Shown here: in pieces, positions 62,695 through 64,000 of the stretch
How positions within the stretch are numbered: the stretch's first letter is position 1
Layout of the letters: every line of letters starts with the position of its first letter
DNA from: Botryllus schlosseri
Lineage: Eukaryota
Length of the DNA: 64,000 nt
Direction of reading: 5' to 3'
Assembly: GCA_051294905.1 (NCBI GenBank)
Contig: CM119372.1
Location: 9,860,001 to 9,924,000, forward strand
Program-made: the position numbers and the translations under genes
Notes under the pieces: generated by a model
The model's database searches: none
Seen by the model: only the letters and a program-made list of their open reading frames with translations
Told to the model about the DNA's origin: nothing

Positions 62695-63989
62695 TATTGT
62701 GAAGAACGTCCTTTGTTCTTCCCCGACTTTTTCTGGACCTCTTGTACGTCTTTCGCGAGGGGTGGACCCCCACCCTCAGTCATATTCGTGATGCTGTAGT
62801 TGGGCATATTTTCGATTGTTGGCTGGCTCGTTTGTTGACTGTTATGTGACTCTAGGCACTCTAACTTATCCACCTCATTTCCTCCACTAAATGTTAGATC
62901 GATCGCACCTCCAATATCGACTTCAGGAGTCGCCATCATGGCATTGAGTTGGTCAACTTGGTTCCCGTTACTCTGACTGAATGCGTGATTTTTTGTCACC
63001 GGGATACCAAGATTTTCGCCCGCTGATTTTTCTATGATTGCTTCAATGTCGATGCTTCGTTTTTCTATAAAGCTTGTTAGCGTGTTTTTCATGACTTCGG
63101 CAATGAAATTAAAGATACCAGAAATTGGGATCGTGATATGATCCGCTCTCTCCTGCACTACTGAGCTCTGTTGCTGAGATACGTTTCGGCGATACTGGTT
63201 TTGGCCTGGTAGGCCTGGTACGGCGTTTTTATTCGACACGTCGGGAGTAATATCCGCAATTCTATACGAAGTAGCGCTCGGTTTCGGCAATGGTGGGAAT
63301 TCACTGAGAGGTGGCACTACCTGATCACTAATTTCGTTTTGCAACGTATTCCTTGCAGTCCAATAGTCTATGTTGGCGTTCGCCATTATTTTCTGAATCC
63401 TAACTTCCTGTTGATACCTTGGGCAACCAGTGTATCGAGCAGAGTGAGAATTGCCGCAGTTAACGCAGTGGAGAACAGTACTATCACACTTGTCATGCGT
63501 GTGGCGGTTTCCGCATTTAGAGCAACGCTGCGCGCTTCGACAATGCTTCGATTTATGACCGAAGCGATTGCAATTATAGCATCTAGTGGGTGGTTGATTG
63601 TATACGCGTGGCCTGAATCGTAAGAATCCTATCTTAACCACGGCTGGCAAGATTGTCGACGCGAAGCACAAAAGCACTGATTTACCCCGTATAGTTTCGC
63701 CGTCAGCGCGATAGGAGAATCTACGCGCGAACGTAACATGTTGGTTTGCCAACGAATGCAATATCTCCTCATCCGACATTTCTAGTGGAACGTTTGTAAT
63801 AACTCCTTTCACTTCTACTGGTCTGGTGTTGTATAATTCCGTTCGCACCTCTATTGGATTTGTGCTCGATCCGAGATCGGTGCACGACAGTAACTTAGAA
63901 ACTTGATCACTATTCGCACATTTTACACAGATATCCCCAGAAGGAAGGACTTTGACATCCTTGTAATTACCGCCTAGAACTGCGTACAA
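62694..63989 (-). CDS. LINE ORF1 gag-like protein, 5' partial
   Basis: Three CCHC knuckles (CYNCNRFGHKSKHC, CSKCGNRH, CVNCGNSH); homologous to 33803-35125; start lies beyond the window. Confidence 0.9.
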   Translation of the reverse strand: MYAVLGGNYKDVKVLPSGDICVKCANSDQVSKLLSCTDLGSSTNPIEVRTELYNTRPVEVKGVITNVPLEMSDEEILHSLANQHVTFARRFSYRADGETIRGKSVLLCFASTILPAVVKIGFLRFRPRVYNQPPTRCYNCNRFGHKSKHCRSAQRCSKCGNRHTHDKCDSTVLHCVNCGNSHSARYTGCPRYQQEVRIQKIMANANIDYWTARNTLQNEISDQVVPPLSEFPPLPKPSATSYRIADITPDVSNKNAVPGLPGQNQYRRNVSQQQSSVVQERADHITIPISGIFNFIAEVMKNTLTSFIEKRSIDIEAIIEKSAGENLGIPVTKNHAFSQSNGNQVDQLNAMMATPEVDIGGAIDLTFSGGNEVDKLECLESHNSQQTSQPTIENMPNYSITNMTEGGGPPLAKDVQEVQKKSGKNKGRSSQ

Positions 63990-64000
63990 CGACTTATTTA

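Larger units (their letters stand above)
58911..64000 (-). mobile_element. Second I-group (Nimb/I-like) LINE, related to 33634-38916; runs off the window end
   Basis: ORF1 and ORF2 clearly homologous to the first LINE; 3' stem-loop; (TACA)n tail. Confidence 0.93.

Overview
Eukaryotic (metazoan) genomic DNA, very rich in transposons, with GT-AG introns and no obvious CpG depletion; the species cannot be fixed from sequence alone. The host genes are a cluster of four paralogous 7-exon rhodopsin-family (class A) GPCR genes with identical intron phases and a non-canonical TM3 motif (LRL/FRL instead of DRY). Copy 1 (minus, 4430-12008) splices to a complete 360-aa ORF. Copy 2 (plus, 27342-28855) has intact exons 2-7. 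Copy 3 (41441-44406) is a pseudogene. Copy 4 (46308-48848) has intact exons 1-4 and is then cut off by nested transposons. Copies 3 and 4 come from a local tandem duplication. Mobile elements: two related full-size RNase-H-containing I-group LINEs, a young Ty3/Gypsy LTR element with identical 164-bp LTRs and no tRNA primer-binding site, two tRNA-derived SINEs, many hAT-type MITEs with 8-bp target-site duplications (TSDs), a foldback element, and degraded transposase and LINE relics. The most notable signals are a probable self-priming structure in the Gypsy element and a covarying 3' stem-loop shared by both LINEs and a SINE. All coordinates and alignments were read by eye.
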